DNA from: Octopus vulgaris
Taxonomy: Eukaryota
DNA length: 64,000 nt
Reading direction: 5' to 3'
Assembly: GCA_951406725.2 (NCBI GenBank)
Contig: OX597831.1
Span: forward strand, 65,658,001 to 65,722,000
Below the pieces are notes generated by a model. It did no database searches and had not been told where the DNA came from. It saw only the letters and a program-made list of their open reading frames with translations. Every line of letters starts with the position of its first letter. Within the stretch, counting starts at the first letter, position 1. A program made the position numbers and the translations under genes. Shown here piece after piece: positions 25,629 through 38,724 of this stretch.

Positions 25629-26289
25629 TTATCCATGTTATACAAAGACATTTCACTTAATCCTGGAATTTCTACCTTTATAAGTAGGCTGTAATATCCT
25701 TGGCACCTATGTGAATTTTTGCTACCTTGTAACTATTTATTTTTTCCATGTTTTTGTACACATTGAAAATACACACACACACACACACACAAATATACAC
25801 ACGTGAACTCATACAGGTGTTTTCTTTCCGGATGTTGCCATAGTTTGATGATATCTGTGCTTCATAAAAACGAAGGATGTACTACATACCTGCCGTAGAG
25901 GACATTTAGAGTGTCCAGATGGGACAGATCTGAATCACCGGTTGCTTATTAACACAAGCCTTTACATTAAGGGTGTGGGACATGAACGAGTGATTTTAAC
26001 CGTATGACTATTAAACATCTTTATATACTTATGACTGCTGGGAAAGTGATTATCTAAAAGTGCAAGAATCTTCTGCATATATTTGTCCTAACATTTAGGG
26101 AAAAGGGTGGAACGAGCTATAAAATATTGCGGGACCTATTCTTACGAACAGATGGTTGGAGAGGTGCAGGGTTACAATAGATTTTATCAGTGAAGCTGCC
26201 ATTCCGTAGAGCCTTATAATATATAATATAGGGGTGCTTTTTCAAATATGTTTCTAGATGAAGAAAGATGGGTAATTCTACCACTAATG

Positions 26290-26560
26290 TTCGGAATCAC
26301 GTTTCTAAATACAATAGGTAGATGGTAAGTGTGTTTATCAATATATTTTAGATATTCTAAAGAGACATGCAGCGACCCTCTCGGCATTAGTCTGGAGACT
26401 TACGATTGGAAGGTCCTTTCTAAGACCAAACTATATATTAACGGGTCAAAAAGATGTTCCATATGCTCGCTTGAAAAACTGAACTTTTTAAAAAGCTTGT
26501 GTAAATACCTAGAGCAACGTTTTTTCGGATTTTAAAAAGTGCATCTTAACGGACACATCA
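26290..26560 (+). pseudogene. Penelope-like GIY-YIG C-terminal remnant
   Basis: WKVLSKTKLYINGSKRCSICSLEKLNF resembles the Penelope endonuclease C-terminus. Confidence 0.5.
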
Positions 26561-26581
26561 TTGACCGAATACATCATAGAC

Positions 26582-26800
26582 CAGTGCTTTTCAAACTTTT
26601 TGCTGGAGCGGAACCCCAAGAAAACCTTTCACTGGCTCGAGGAACCCCTGTGCAATAATTTAATTGTCTTATGCACACATATCTGCACAGGAGAATTAAA
26701 AATTACTGCCGATTTTAGCAGTTTTGTAACTTCTTGCGGAACCCCTGGACTGTACTGGCGGAACCCTAAGGTTCTGCAGAACCCTGGTTGAAAACCACTG
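26582..26800. mobile_element. hAT (Charlie-like) MITE
   Basis: TIRs cagtgcttttcaa / ttgaaaaccactg; perfect 8-bp TSD tcatagac at 26574-26581 and 26801-26808; subterminal ggaaccc repeats. Confidence 0.92.
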
Positions 26801-27239
26801 TCATAGACCATTCCATTGTTGGCCTGGAGTAGTTTTGATATTCGAAAGGCACTGGTTATATTTACTGTGAAGTTAATTATCTTCCCTGTGTTTCTCTTTG
26901 TCTAAATGCGCATGCTCATTCAAATGTCTCATCATCGCTGTTGCTGTTTGTTTCCGTTCTGCTAGGGATGTGAACCATTTTCATTGTAGAAAATAAAAAT
27001 TTATTGAAATGAATGCAAAAGATAAAGACAATAAAGACAAGAACAGCTGTTTAAAGCGTTACTTCTTTCAATATTAGTCATCGAAACAATGAAGATATGA
27101 ATTTGTTTCCAACAATTGTGCTATTTGATTTGACTCTCGGGATTCCGCGTGACTACTATTACCTTTCTTCGTCGAAACAATACACAAGTTTACTGTTTAT
27201 GCAACATCTTTGATGCCTGAAAGTGATTCCATTTTTTTT

Positions 27240-27619
27240 ACACACACGCACACACACACACAGATACACACACACAGACGCACGTACACAGATACACACA
27301 CACACATATACACAGATACACACACGCACACACACGCACATACACAGATACACACACACACACGCACATGCTCATACGCACATACACAGATACACGATAC
27401 ACACACACACACAGACGCACGTACACAGATACATGCACACATGCACTCGCACACACACGCACGCACGCATGCACGCACTAACTAAGACTAGAGATATGTT
27501 CATACAGATAAGCATAAACAAAAACATACTTCTACTAGTTTTACCTCTCTCTCTCAATCTCTCTCTCTCTCACTCTCTCTCTCAATCTCTCTCTCTCTCT
27601 CTCACTCTCTCTCTCACTC

Positions 27620-27660
<41 letters not shown>

Positions 27661-28329
27661 CTCTCCTATAGATAAGCATGTGATAAAATCAGTTTAGATA
27701 TGAGAAATTAGAAATGCTTCCAGTGGCAACATCTGTTCTAAACGAGGTCGGCGCAAACGTTTGATTGTCTTCCTGTCGTCAGTTCGGGAGTTAATCGAAT
27801 GAAGTATTTAATTCTTCGACTCCTTTCGCTTTTTTTCCTTAGCCAAGCAAGTTATTATCTGATCGTTTCTACCTGCAAGAAAGCCTTGCTCTTCTGTCCC
27901 ACATTTAAAAATTAAACGAAACAGACTAGGATAAATGCAATTAAGAACAATTAAGCAAAAGATGGTCAGGTTTCATAGTCTTTCCCCTCGGGCTCGAGTG
28001 AAAAGCACGGGGGGGGGGTGCAGATGGAGAGGAATTTATCTCGAGTTATATAAGCAAGATGTGTATCTGTGAAGTGGATATTAAAAATTTCCAAAGCATT
28101 GCAATAAGTAGAGTGTCTGTTTGCCTGCCTGCCTGTGTCTGTCTGTCTGTCTGTCTGTCTCAGTTATTTGTTCCAAAGCTTTCACGCTATCCCTATAAAA
28201 TCAGTAACACATGTGTATGTTTGTATGTATGTTTGTATGTATGTATGTATGTGTATGTATGTATGTATGTATGTATGTATGTATATATGCATGTCTGTCT
28301 GTCTCTCTTTATGTATGTATGCATGTATG

Positions 28330-28363
<34 letters not shown>

Positions 28364-28942
28364 TGTATGTATGTATGTATGTATGTATGCATGTATGTAT
28401 ATATGTATGTATGCATGTCTGTCTGTCTGTCTGTCTGTATGTATGTATGAATGTATGAATGTATGTATGAATGTATGTGTATGTATGTATGTATATATGT
28501 ATGTGTATGTATGTATGTATGTATGTATGTGTATGTATGTATGTATGTATGTATGTATGTATGTATGTATGTATGTATGTATGCATGTCTGTCTGTCTCT
28601 CTTTATGTATGTATGTATGTATGTATGTATGTATGTATGTATGAGCACATAAGCGCGTACGTACTTTCATACTTGCGTGATATGATGTATATTGGAAATG
28701 AATATATTACTAAGAATATAGACCAGCTTTAGCTGTTTACTTTCAATTAGAGCCGCAAATTAAAATAAATTTAAGTAGCATTTAAATAGCTATTAGCTGT
28801 ATTAACTTGTAGAAATATATTCATTCTTCATAATTATATATTAATACTATAGTATGTTTCTACCTACCGTCTGAATCAAGCTAAGAGAAGTAACTAAAAG
28901 GAAATGGAAAAGTAAGTTATATACATATATATATATATAAAG

Positions 28943-28973
<31 letters not shown>

Positions 28974-29020
28974 GAGAATGAGAGACTTAGATAGATAGAT
29001 AAATATATAGATAGAATGAA

Positions 29021-29070
<50 letters not shown>
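27240..29070. repeat. Compound microsatellite region: (CA)n, (CT)n, (TATG)n, (GA)n, (TA)n
   Basis: Direct read; interspersed with short unique stretches. Confidence 0.9.
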
Positions 29071-29075
<5 letters not shown>

Positions 29076-29259
29076 TAAATTATGCTGTAAACTACAATCT
29101 TAATGTTGTAATAAAAAGTATAAAAAGGAAGGAAAATGCACAGTTGAATCAAATTCACCGCACGCACAAAAAAATTATAAAGGGAAAAACCCAACCAAAA
29201 TCACATAAGCGAACACTGGCAGGTGTAAAATTATACTCAACAACAACGGAACCAGGAAT

Positions 29260-29645
29260 TAAAAAAATGTAGGTGGCCTAAATATAGAATATGTTTCATA
29301 CTACTGAAAGGATCGGAATTCCTTGTTTAAACAAGGACAAAGATTTAAAATTAAGACTGAGTTTACTTGTGCATCCGAAAACTTAGTCTACATCATAACT
29401 TGTTCAGGATGTGATCACAACTATATGGGACAAACAAGTATGTCGCTCAGGTGGAGAACAAAATTACATAGAGAATAAATCAGTTTCCCAAAATATAGAC
29501 AGATATCACTAAATGAGATGTGCGAGAAATCTCCCACCAAACTTCAAAATATTCCCTATATACCAATGCAATGGAACAACTTCTATACAACAACGGTTAA
29601 AAAAAGAGACAACATTTATTGAAAATATCAACTGTCTTAATATGA
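29260..29645 (+). pseudogene. Penelope-like GIY-YIG endonuclease remnant
   Basis: FTCASENLVYIITCSGCDHNYMGQTSMSLRWRTKLHRE; paralogous to the 59011 ORF. Confidence 0.8.
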
Positions 29646-30416
29646 ACATATAACCAATTTTGGACTATGTAAATATTTTAGTTCATATACATAAAGTTAC
29701 TTTAAAAAAGTAACTTTACCGCCACTACAATTTATTTACCTTCCGATTCATTTACAAAATATCTGTTCTCTTACTAACGTATTATGATAGCATGAAATTA
29801 TAACATCATCTCTAACTACTTAGATATAATTGGCATAAGCGAAAACGGTCGACTATATAAATATTTTATATCATAAATATCTATATATTTATATCTAACA
29901 TAAAATGCCATTGCATTTTCCTTCTTTAAATATTTTGTGTGTGTGAATATGTGTGTGTGCGTGCGTGTGTATATGATTATCCATTTGTCGAGTCATCGGC
30001 ATTTCTCTTTTGTTTCATTTTGTTCTATTCTTTCACATCCCCACCTTTCATCTTTCCCTTCATCTCTCTTCCTCTCTCTCTATCTATTTTGTCTGCCATT
30101 CACCCCCGTCTCTACTATCACAATAACAAATGACTAGAGCCTTAGTGTTTACTAGCAAAAGCAGTAGCAATTCTGCATGCTTCGCGAATTTATAGAATTT
30201 TAATAAAATGCAGTCTTAAGATTCCCTTGCTGTCCTAGTTGTAAAGCAGTAGACTAATGCAGTTGTTAAATTATAGTTTTGATGGGTGCAGTTCCTGGTT
30301 GTGTCAGAAGTAAATACTATCTCTAAATCATTTTACAACTTAACTATATTAACCTATGTATTATTATTAATTACATTTTCTTCGTTATAGAAGTTTATTT
30401 AGTTATTATTATATAA

Positions 30417-30752
30417 CAAGCACTATGACCCGGCAGCGCCGGGTTACAGTGCTAGTGCATGCATATACACTCGAGTACTGTTCAAATCTCCGACCAATCA
30501 CATACAGCTAGCTGGCATTCAATTGGCGTATCAAGTTTTGGGCATTTTGATTGGGTTTTGGATAGAAAATTCACAAAAAAGTCACTTCTATTGATTTTTT
30601 AATGGCTTTGCAGGGTGACTAGGGAAATGTAAAGATGTGCACGACCACCCTTGGACGGTTTTGAATGACCATAGAAAGTGCGAGCCCTCTAACTGTGGAT
30701 TTGTATAAAGGACACACACACAGACATTTTGCCGTTTATATATATAGAGAGA
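30417..30752 (-). mobile_element. Non-autonomous Helitron-like element
   Basis: Reverse complement of the family at 62476-62746; terminal hairpin acccggcagcgccgggt. Confidence 0.75.
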
Positions 30753-30986
30753 TTACTACACTATAAACGTTTTACAGCATTTCAAACATTAACCATTTGT
30801 AAACAATTATGACATAGAGTTATAAAACCCGACATCAATTCCCCGATTTATTTAAAACTTCAATCATATAAAACCAAACTTGTGTTTCTCGATAAATCAA
30901 TTATGTGTAACTTAGTTTTATTATAACACTTTTAGTATGGCTGGTGGTTACAGTTTAATCAGCTGAATAATTGATATTATAAAAGC

Positions 30987-31124
30987 TAAGTATTCCCCGG
31001 GGTTTGACTTCGCCTTTCAACCTTTCGGGGTCAAAAAAAGAAGTACCGGTTGAACTCTAGAGTCAATGTGATCGACTTACACCCCCCTTCGAAATTGTTG
31101 GCCTAGTGTCAAAATTTGAAATCA
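30987..31124 (+). mobile_element. SINE family A body with alternative tail, 5'-truncated
   Basis: Body gacttcgcctttcaacctttcggggtc; tail gaaattgttggcctagtgtcaaaatttgaaa; TSD atattataaaagc at 30974-30986 and 31125-31137. Confidence 0.8.
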
Positions 31125-31442
31125 ATATTATAAAAGCCAAAGCGGTAATCTTTTTCTGTTGCTGGTTTCATTGCTTCAGTCACGCTTTAAAAATATGGAA
31201 GAGAAATGGCGGCTCTGTTGAAAGGAACTGAAGAGAAGGGAAAGCAAGTACTATAAAGAGAAGTGGATTAATTAGATAAATAGATAGGTTTGTTATTGAC
31301 GAAGAAAGACATACCGCACAAGAGTGTGTGGGAGAGAGGCGGGGTAGAAATTCCTTTATGCTATTGCGATATAAGAGATCGTTGGGAAATAAAGAGAAGA
31401 TACGGAATGGTTAAGTTTGATTAAGGAAAAAAGAGAGGGAAC

Positions 31443-31489
<47 letters not shown>

Positions 31490-31668
31490 TTTTTAATAAT
31501 ATATAATAATTAATAATATAAGGAAATTAATATCCAAACTCATCATAAAGATATACCCGTGTGAAAGAAATTATTGTATTAAAAATATATATAAATAAAT
31601 ATAAAAATATAAATATAATGTATAAAATAAATTTGATAGCTTAAAAATTTTGAATTAATTATTTAAGC

Positions 31669-31758
31669 ATCTTACGATCGTTTCGCAGAAGTGTTGTCCC
31701 TATAATGAAATCTTCTATTGATATGCATTTATAGACAACCCTTCTGCTCTTCAGAGAT
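31669..31758 (-). ncRNA. Type I hammerhead ribozyme motif with intact core and long stem II
   Basis: Minus strand: atct-CTGAAGA-gcagaag…cttctgc-GAAA-cgatcg-TA-agat; palindromic stem III acgatcgt; GUA cleavage triplet. Confidence 0.75.
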
Positions 31759-32470
31759 ATAAAATATGAATATTGTATAATATATCGAATGATAGTTTTT
31801 TAAAAAATTTGAAGTAAAATTGTAAAATGGTGTTTGTTTGAAATGTAAAATAAAAATTAAAAATTAAAAATTACTACTTTTGACGAGAGTCTTTAAATCC
31901 ATATATGTTTCCTTGGTTATTCTACTGCGATAATCCATAATATTCATACTCAAAATCTGTCATATTATCTTATATTCTAGTATAGTTCATATAGTTAGTT
32001 TAGAAATGTGAAAATTGTATATACTTTAGTATGAGAGTCTTGAAATCCATATGTCTTCTTGGTAGCCTTACTGCAATTAGTTACATTTATTTACATTCTG
32101 TGACTGATTTTCCTGAATTGACCTTGCCTCTCATTTCGTATGATCGATAGTACCAGTCATATTCTGGAGTCGATTTAATCAGTTATGATTAGATACAGCA
32201 TGCAGTTTTGTATGTCTTCATAAGAAATCAATACATTTAAAAACAGAAACTCACACATTATTTCTCACCTCTTAAGTGTTTCTTTACACGATTTTTAAAA
32301 TGATTTTATATTTCAGTCCTATTTGTTATTTCCATTTATTTCCAAGTTATAATAACTTTAAAAAAATGATGGCATAACTTAAATGATATAGTTAATTTAT
32401 GCTTATAAATAACTAAAAAATTAATTCAGTGAAAATGCAGTAAAATTATCATTTATAAGATAAACATATA

Positions 32471-32885
32471 GGCGCAGGAGTGGCTGTGTGGTAAGTAGCT
32501 TGCTTACCAACCACATGGTTCCGGGTGCAGTCCCACTGCGTGGCATCCTGGGCAAGTGTCTTCTGCTATAGCCTCGGGCCGACCAATGCCTTGTGAGTGG
32601 AATTGGTAGACGGAAATTGAAAGAAGGCCGTCGTATATATGTATATATATATATATGTGTGTGTGTGTATACGTTTGTGTGTCTGTGTTTGTCCCCCTAG
32701 CATTGCTTGACAACCGATGCTGGTGTGTTTACGTCCCCGTCACTTAGCGGTTCGGCAAAAGAGACCGATATAATAAGTACTGGGCTTACAAAGAATAAGT
32801 TCTGGGGCCGATTTGCTCGACTAAAAGCGGTGCTCCAGCATGGCCGCAGTCAAATGACTGAAACAAGTAAATGAGTAAAAGAGAG
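32471..32885 (+). mobile_element. SINE family B, full length
   Basis: A-box-like tggctgtgtgg, B-box-like ggtgcagtccc, ctgggcaagtgtc core, internal microsatellite. Confidence 0.92.
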
Positions 32886-33594
32886 TATGATCTATTTCGT
32901 AAAGGCCTGGAAAGCCAAGTTGAGTATTTAACTGAGGGGTGAAGATAGATTGTGTTTGTAACTGGAGCTGCTCTCTGGATATGGTCAAGCCACTAAGTTT
33001 TAAATGTCTCAGTTTTTCAAGGTGTAAATAAAAGAATGAAAATACCTTTAAGCTCCGAAAAGGCTTTTAAGTACAGGTTCTTTAAGTCAATTTTTTTGGA
33101 ATGAAGCAATTAATTGAAAGATAAGTTATCCCTGTCGAACTTGGTAGAATATACAATAAGTAAGAGAAAGCTCTATTGCACACGCAGCAATGTTGCATCT
33201 GACAAGAATATTCCGATCAAGGAAATAAGAAACAGATGTAGTTCACAAGAAGAAAACCGAGCTCAGAATTTGTCATGTCAGGTAAATTAGAAGGCATGGA
33301 TTGTAGGCTTAATTCGTCACTCGGTTTAACAGCACATACTGATCTTTGGGTAACTTAGCAGAGTCAAGTGTCTTGCCAGTGTTCTGGTCAAGTGTCCAGT
33401 TTGAGAATCTCTTCCTTCCACCAAAATCAGAGGCAGTGAGAAAAGCTATAAATGTTGCCCTTTCTACTCTGAGTTACGTAAAACAAAGAACATGGGTTTC
33501 GCCAAAGTCCTGAAATTCGAAGAACTGGTGAGAGACATAAGAAAGTAAAGTTTCCGATAGATATGGGTCTGCACAGAGCGATACTTGAAGTAAC

Positions 33595-33612
33595 AGGGGG
33601 AGAGTGGGAGAA

Positions 33613-33644
<32 letters not shown>

Positions 33645-34104
33645 GAGAGAGAGAGAAAGAGAGAGAGAGAAGTGAAACAGAAGATAGATAGAAAAAGAGT
33701 GAAGGAGAGAGTGGGAGATAGAGGGAGAGAAAGGAACAGGTAGCTAGAAGGAGAGAGAGAGGAAGAGAGAGTGAGAGAAAGAGAGAGAGAGAGAAGTGAA
33801 ACAGACAGATAGATAAAGAGAGTGAACAAGAGAGGAGAGAAAAGAACAGATAGCTAGGAGAGAGAGATATATATATATAGAGAGAGGGGGTGAAACAGAC
33901 AGATAGATAGAAGAAGAGTGAACGAGAGGGTGGGAGATAGAGGGAGAGAAAGGAACAGATAGCTAGGAGATATATATATATATAGAGAGAGAGAGGGGGG
34001 TGAAACAGACAGATAGATAGAAGAAGAGTGAACGAGAGGGTGGGAGATAGAGGGAGAGAAAGGAACAGATAGCTAGAAGGAAAGAGAGAGAGAGAGAGAG
34101 AGAG

Positions 34105-34143
<39 letters not shown>

Positions 34144-34279
34144 CTGAAACTGGAGATAATTCGCAGTGCTTTTGAGATGTTGGCTGTGATTGTTATCAGT
34201 CGGTAAGTGGGGGGGTTTCGTTTGGGGAAATAAGACACTATAGTGTCTTCGAAGATCAAAATAAACTCCTGGAAAGAGC

Positions 34280-34330
<51 letters not shown>

Positions 34331-34400
34331 AGAGAGGGAGAGAGAGAGAATGGGGATGTAGAGAGACAGGCAGAGACACACAGGAAGAGGGGGAATAGGG
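33595..34400. repeat. GA-rich compound minisatellite
   Basis: Repeated gtgaaacagacagatagatag…gaaaggaacagatagctag units with (GA)n and (GAAA)n. Confidence 0.9.
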
Positions 34401-34745
34401 GAGATGAAAACAGATTTATATAAATCATGCATGGCGGTGCCCCAGCATGGCCATAGCTGAAACTAGATAAAATGAAAAGAAAAAATGAAAACATACGAAA
34501 CATACTCTATACAAACTATGAGTTACATCCCACTAAATTTTTCGAAGAAATTCAGTTCCCTCTCCTTGTATCAATATTCAATTTACAAGTTGAAAGACAT
34601 ATTCTCGTGGATAATATTTTAGCAAGTTAAATATTTACAGTAGACGAACGACCATTAAAAAAATTAATGTGTTGGTAAACATAAACGTGGAATGTATGTC
34701 AAGTGATATGACAACCACTGAAAAGTAGAGTACGTACTAAAACTA

Positions 34746-34885
34746 GGCGCAGGTGTGGCTGTGTGGTAAGAAGCTTGCCTCCCTACCACATGGTTCTTGG
34801 TTCAGTCCCACTACGTGGCATCATAGGGAAGTGTCTTCTACTATTGTGAGTAGATTTGGTAGACGGAAACTGAAGGAAGCCCGTC

Positions 34886-34928
<43 letters not shown>

Positions 34929-35100
34929 TAGATAGATAGATAGATCTATGTGTGCGTGTCTTTGTGTGTGTATGCATGTATATACGTGTGTGTGTCGTTA
35001 TGTCTGTGCTCGTCCTCCACCATAATCCGTGCTGGTGTGTTTACTTCTCCATAACTTAGTGATTCGATAGAAGACTCCGATAGAATAAGCACTAGCCTTA
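34746..35100 (+). mobile_element. SINE family B, 3'-truncated
   Basis: Head matches the family; abuts a MITE half. Confidence 0.85.
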
Positions 35101-35111
35101 AAAAGTTGTCC

Positions 35112-35363
35112 TGACACCGCAAATAATTGTTGTTGACAAAGATCCGGAGATATTGTATTCACCTCAATAGACGTCATTGATTGATTGAAATTGCCGAAAT
35201 GAAAAAAACTAAACAACAAATATCTTACAAACTATAGAATTTTCTCAAGAAAGCCAAGAGAAAAAGATGTTTTATAAACACATTCTGCCAGTATACGAAG
35301 TTTAAAAGTGTTTAGTTACAAAGAAATTATTTTAAAAATCTGCCGGTCAAAGCGAAAAGATCC
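35112..35363 (+). mobile_element. MITE-1 long-TIR variant, right half
   Basis: Matches 22855-23106; ends gaaaagatcc. Confidence 0.85.
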
Positions 35364-35552
35364 TGTCATTTTTCATATGTGATGCAGTGATGTTGCAAAA
35401 TTTGACTTGTGCATATTAATTTCCATTATGTCCTATATATTATATCAAAATTTCATGCATTTATTTGTAAAGTTAAGGGAGTTATTAAAAACTGAAACCC
35501 ATCAGCGACTTTTGGGACACCCTGCGTGTGTGTGTGTGTGTGTACATATATT

Positions 35553-35594
<42 letters not shown>

Positions 35595-36124
35595 AAACTT
35601 TGAGAAAACTGATGTGCCGTGACACTCCTTTTAGCGCCTTATTTAGTGTACCATCGCTGATAGATACAAAGTTTATATAATGAATGGCAGGTTTGTTCTC
35701 GGTTTCAATGGCTATTAATGATATACAATATGCAGCTAATCATATTACATTATAAACAGAGTGAAACAAAAGCATAGCAACAACTCTAACATTTAAATAA
35801 GAGTGCTAAAATATAAGTTAGCCGTCACGCGTAAAAGTAACTGAAGAAAACCAAGACCAAAAGGTTCATTTTGTTAATCACACATACATTAGATTTGTTA
35901 ATTATATAGAATAACAGCAAATCCATTTTGGAAAGCTAACAAAAGCAATAATTACAAACACAAATAAAATCAGCTTTTAGATATAGCAAAGGCACTCAGT
36001 AACTTCTATGTTCGCTTGTTATACGGCGAAGTCAACAAATCTGTCACTAAAATTTATAAATTTTCGATGGCTGAAAAAGAAAATAACTTGACCTTGCATA
36101 GTTATTCTTTGACATTGGATCCTA

Positions 36125-36541
36125 GGATCTTTTCGGTTTGAACGGCAGTTTTTTCTAGCGGTGTCATAAAAAATTGTCACCCATAATTATGACCCTAGTA
36201 TCGATCTATTGCATATCAATCTGTTTTAGGGTTAGGGTTTGGGTGGGGGGAAGGGTATGTTTTTTTCTTCACAAATGTAAATAAACCCAATATGTTTCTT
36301 AAACGAGGGACATATTCATACGACACAGAATGTTTTTTTTTACCTCAATAGACGTCATTGATTGGTTGAAATTGCAGAAATTGAAGAAAACAACAACAAA
36401 TATCTTACAAACTATAGAATTTTCTCAATAAAGCCAAGAGAAAAATGTTTTATAAACACATTCTACCAGTATACGAAGTTTAAAAGTGTTTAGTTACGTG
36501 GAAATTATTTTAAAAAACTGCCGTTCAAACCGAAAAGATCC
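36125..36541 (+). mobile_element. MITE-1
   Basis: Full TIRs and internal ttagggttaggg; no clear TSD. Confidence 0.92.
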
Positions 36542-36680
36542 CTTGCGTTCGGATTGACATAGAATTACGTAACTTTTTACTTAGAACCATTTACTTGCAA
36601 TGGAATTAGAAACGGAGTGGTACTGAAACAATTGTTACTAACAATAAAGATGTATTTAAATCATGTCTCGTGTGTGTGTT

Positions 36681-36739
<59 letters not shown>

Positions 36740-36955
36740 ACGTGCGTAATATATGCAAAGTGAAACATATTTCAGAATATACAAAGTAGTAGTCTTGTAA
36801 AGTAGAAATATTTATTTAGCAAAAGGCTTTTTAAGCTCATTCGGTTTCACCCAGTCCAGTCATAATGGTCGAACTCACATCACCAGGGGAAACAACTGCT
36901 ATGCACATGGAGTATGCACGATGACAAGTTCAACATGTACCTGGTATGCATGTAT

Positions 36956-37020
36956 TAGGCGGCGAGCTGGCAGAAACGTTAGCACGCCGGGCGAAATGCG
37001 TAGCCGTATTTCGTCTGCCG
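36956..37020 (+). mobile_element. SINE family A 5' head, interrupted by Tx1 LINE
   Basis: Head continues at 42371. Outer TSD ggtatgcatgtat at 36943-36955 and 42723-42735. Confidence 0.93.
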
Positions 37021-37182
37021 CACATGTGTTCGTGGTAAGAATTGCTGTTTCTTGGTGTTAATATTGTTAATAACTGTTGTTTCTTGTTAAACTGTTGAAT
37101 AACTTAACTGTTGGAGTTTTCAATTGAAAACACTTAGTGCTTGTGGTAGCACGCGTTGTTCATTCCCCCTCTGGGGGGAAGA

Positions 37183-38713
37183 ATGTCGTCTAGCATGGAG
37201 CCTACCGTTGGAGCAGAAATACTTGTTTCTCCTGTTGAGAGGAGGAAATACATGTCCGGCGAGGAGCCAACTACAGACAAGGAAATAGGGGTTTCCCCCG
37301 CTACAAGAAGGAATAGCAGAGAGGATAATATATTTGATATTTTTGGAGATGTGTCTGAGAGCTCGTCAGAACTTTCACCAGAAGAGTTTCCGACTTTGCC
37401 AGAGAACAAAGGCATTGTGTCGAAGAGAATAATTGATGTACTTAGCATCCAGATAGAACCAAAAAATGGAAAAAAAAGTTTTGCATTGGCTGCTGGGGGT
37501 GGAACCCGGATACTGTCGACGAATAAAAGCGACTTTATGAAATACAGCCAAATGATGAAAATAACTGACAACGGTGTGAAAATTGAACCTCCACAAAAGT
37601 TATTACAAGAAGAAAAGCAAAAAACAATAATTTTCAAAACATATCGTCTACAAAAAAGAAAAATTGAAAGAATGTCAGAAGAGAAAATAGAAAAGTGCTT
37701 AAAGCCAATATTGGGCGACGTAGTATTTCTGAGAAGAGGAAAAAAAATTCGGAACGGTGGAAGTAAGGTTCACCAATAAAGAAATAGCACACAAGAACTC
37801 AGTTGAAACGCTGAAAACGAACGACGTGGAGCTCATCCCCTATTATATGGAGATGAGGACGTCGAGAATAAAAATTACAAGAGTCCCGCCAGAGGTCGAA
37901 CCTATGTGGTTGTTGGCGGCAGTCCTAATCAAAGAGGTAGAAAAAATTACTCTCCTCCAGGCTACCGCTACGGAAAACCCACGCTGGGATGGTCAAACAA
38001 TTAATCTTCTCATTCAAGCGGACCCTAAAATAATTCAAGCTATTCCCGAGACAATTGAGGTAGGGGAGGAGAACCTCGTGGTGTTTGTTGAGGGCCGAAA
38101 ACCTCGATGTTTTTTATGTGGTCAATTAGGCCACATTCGAAGGAACTGCAAGGAAAATGAAGAAGAGGAGGAAGAGGAGAAAAAAGACAAAGAGGAAGAA
38201 GATAAAGAAGAAACAGATGAGAAAAAAACAACAAACAAAAGAAAAATACAACCGGCAACCCAGCCGAGAGCGGTGACTACTACAGAACAACGACCAAAAA
38301 AGACTGCCAGAAGAGAAAAAGAAGAAAAAGGCATAATAGCCGTATACACTAAAGATACTGAGCTCATGAGAGACATTCAACTGATAAAGACTGTAAAAAA
38401 AATAGATAACCTTTCAGAGGAATTTATCAATTACGACATATATGAAGTCTCAAATAAGACTTATAGAATTCTACAAAATAAATACAGAAAGACTGTATCT
38501 TCATTGAGATTAGATTTTAACAAGTCGATATTTCATGGATTACCAGCCCCGATCCCGCGAGAAAAGGAAAAGGTGGAGATTCCCCCTCCACCTGATAATT
38601 CTGTGTCGGTGGTGAGACGGGATTTTGACAAATCTATTTCCCAAGACCGTCCACCTCCGACCCTGGATCAAAAAAAGGTGGAGGGTCCCCCTCCACCGGA
38701 CAATCCTGATTAA
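37183..38713 (+). pseudogene. LINE ORF1 (CCHC zinc-knuckle nucleic-acid-binding protein), one frameshift
   Basis: Removing one A from the A8 run at 37740-37747 fuses ORFs 37156 and 37757 (RRGKK-FGTVEVRF); CFLCGQLGHIRRNC knuckle. Confidence 0.85.
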
Positions 38714-38724
38714 ACAGGTAAGTC

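Noticed and set aside
33427-34503. 358-aa hydrophobic Leu/Ser ORF
   Set aside because: Antisense reading of a GA-rich minisatellite; not a membrane protein.
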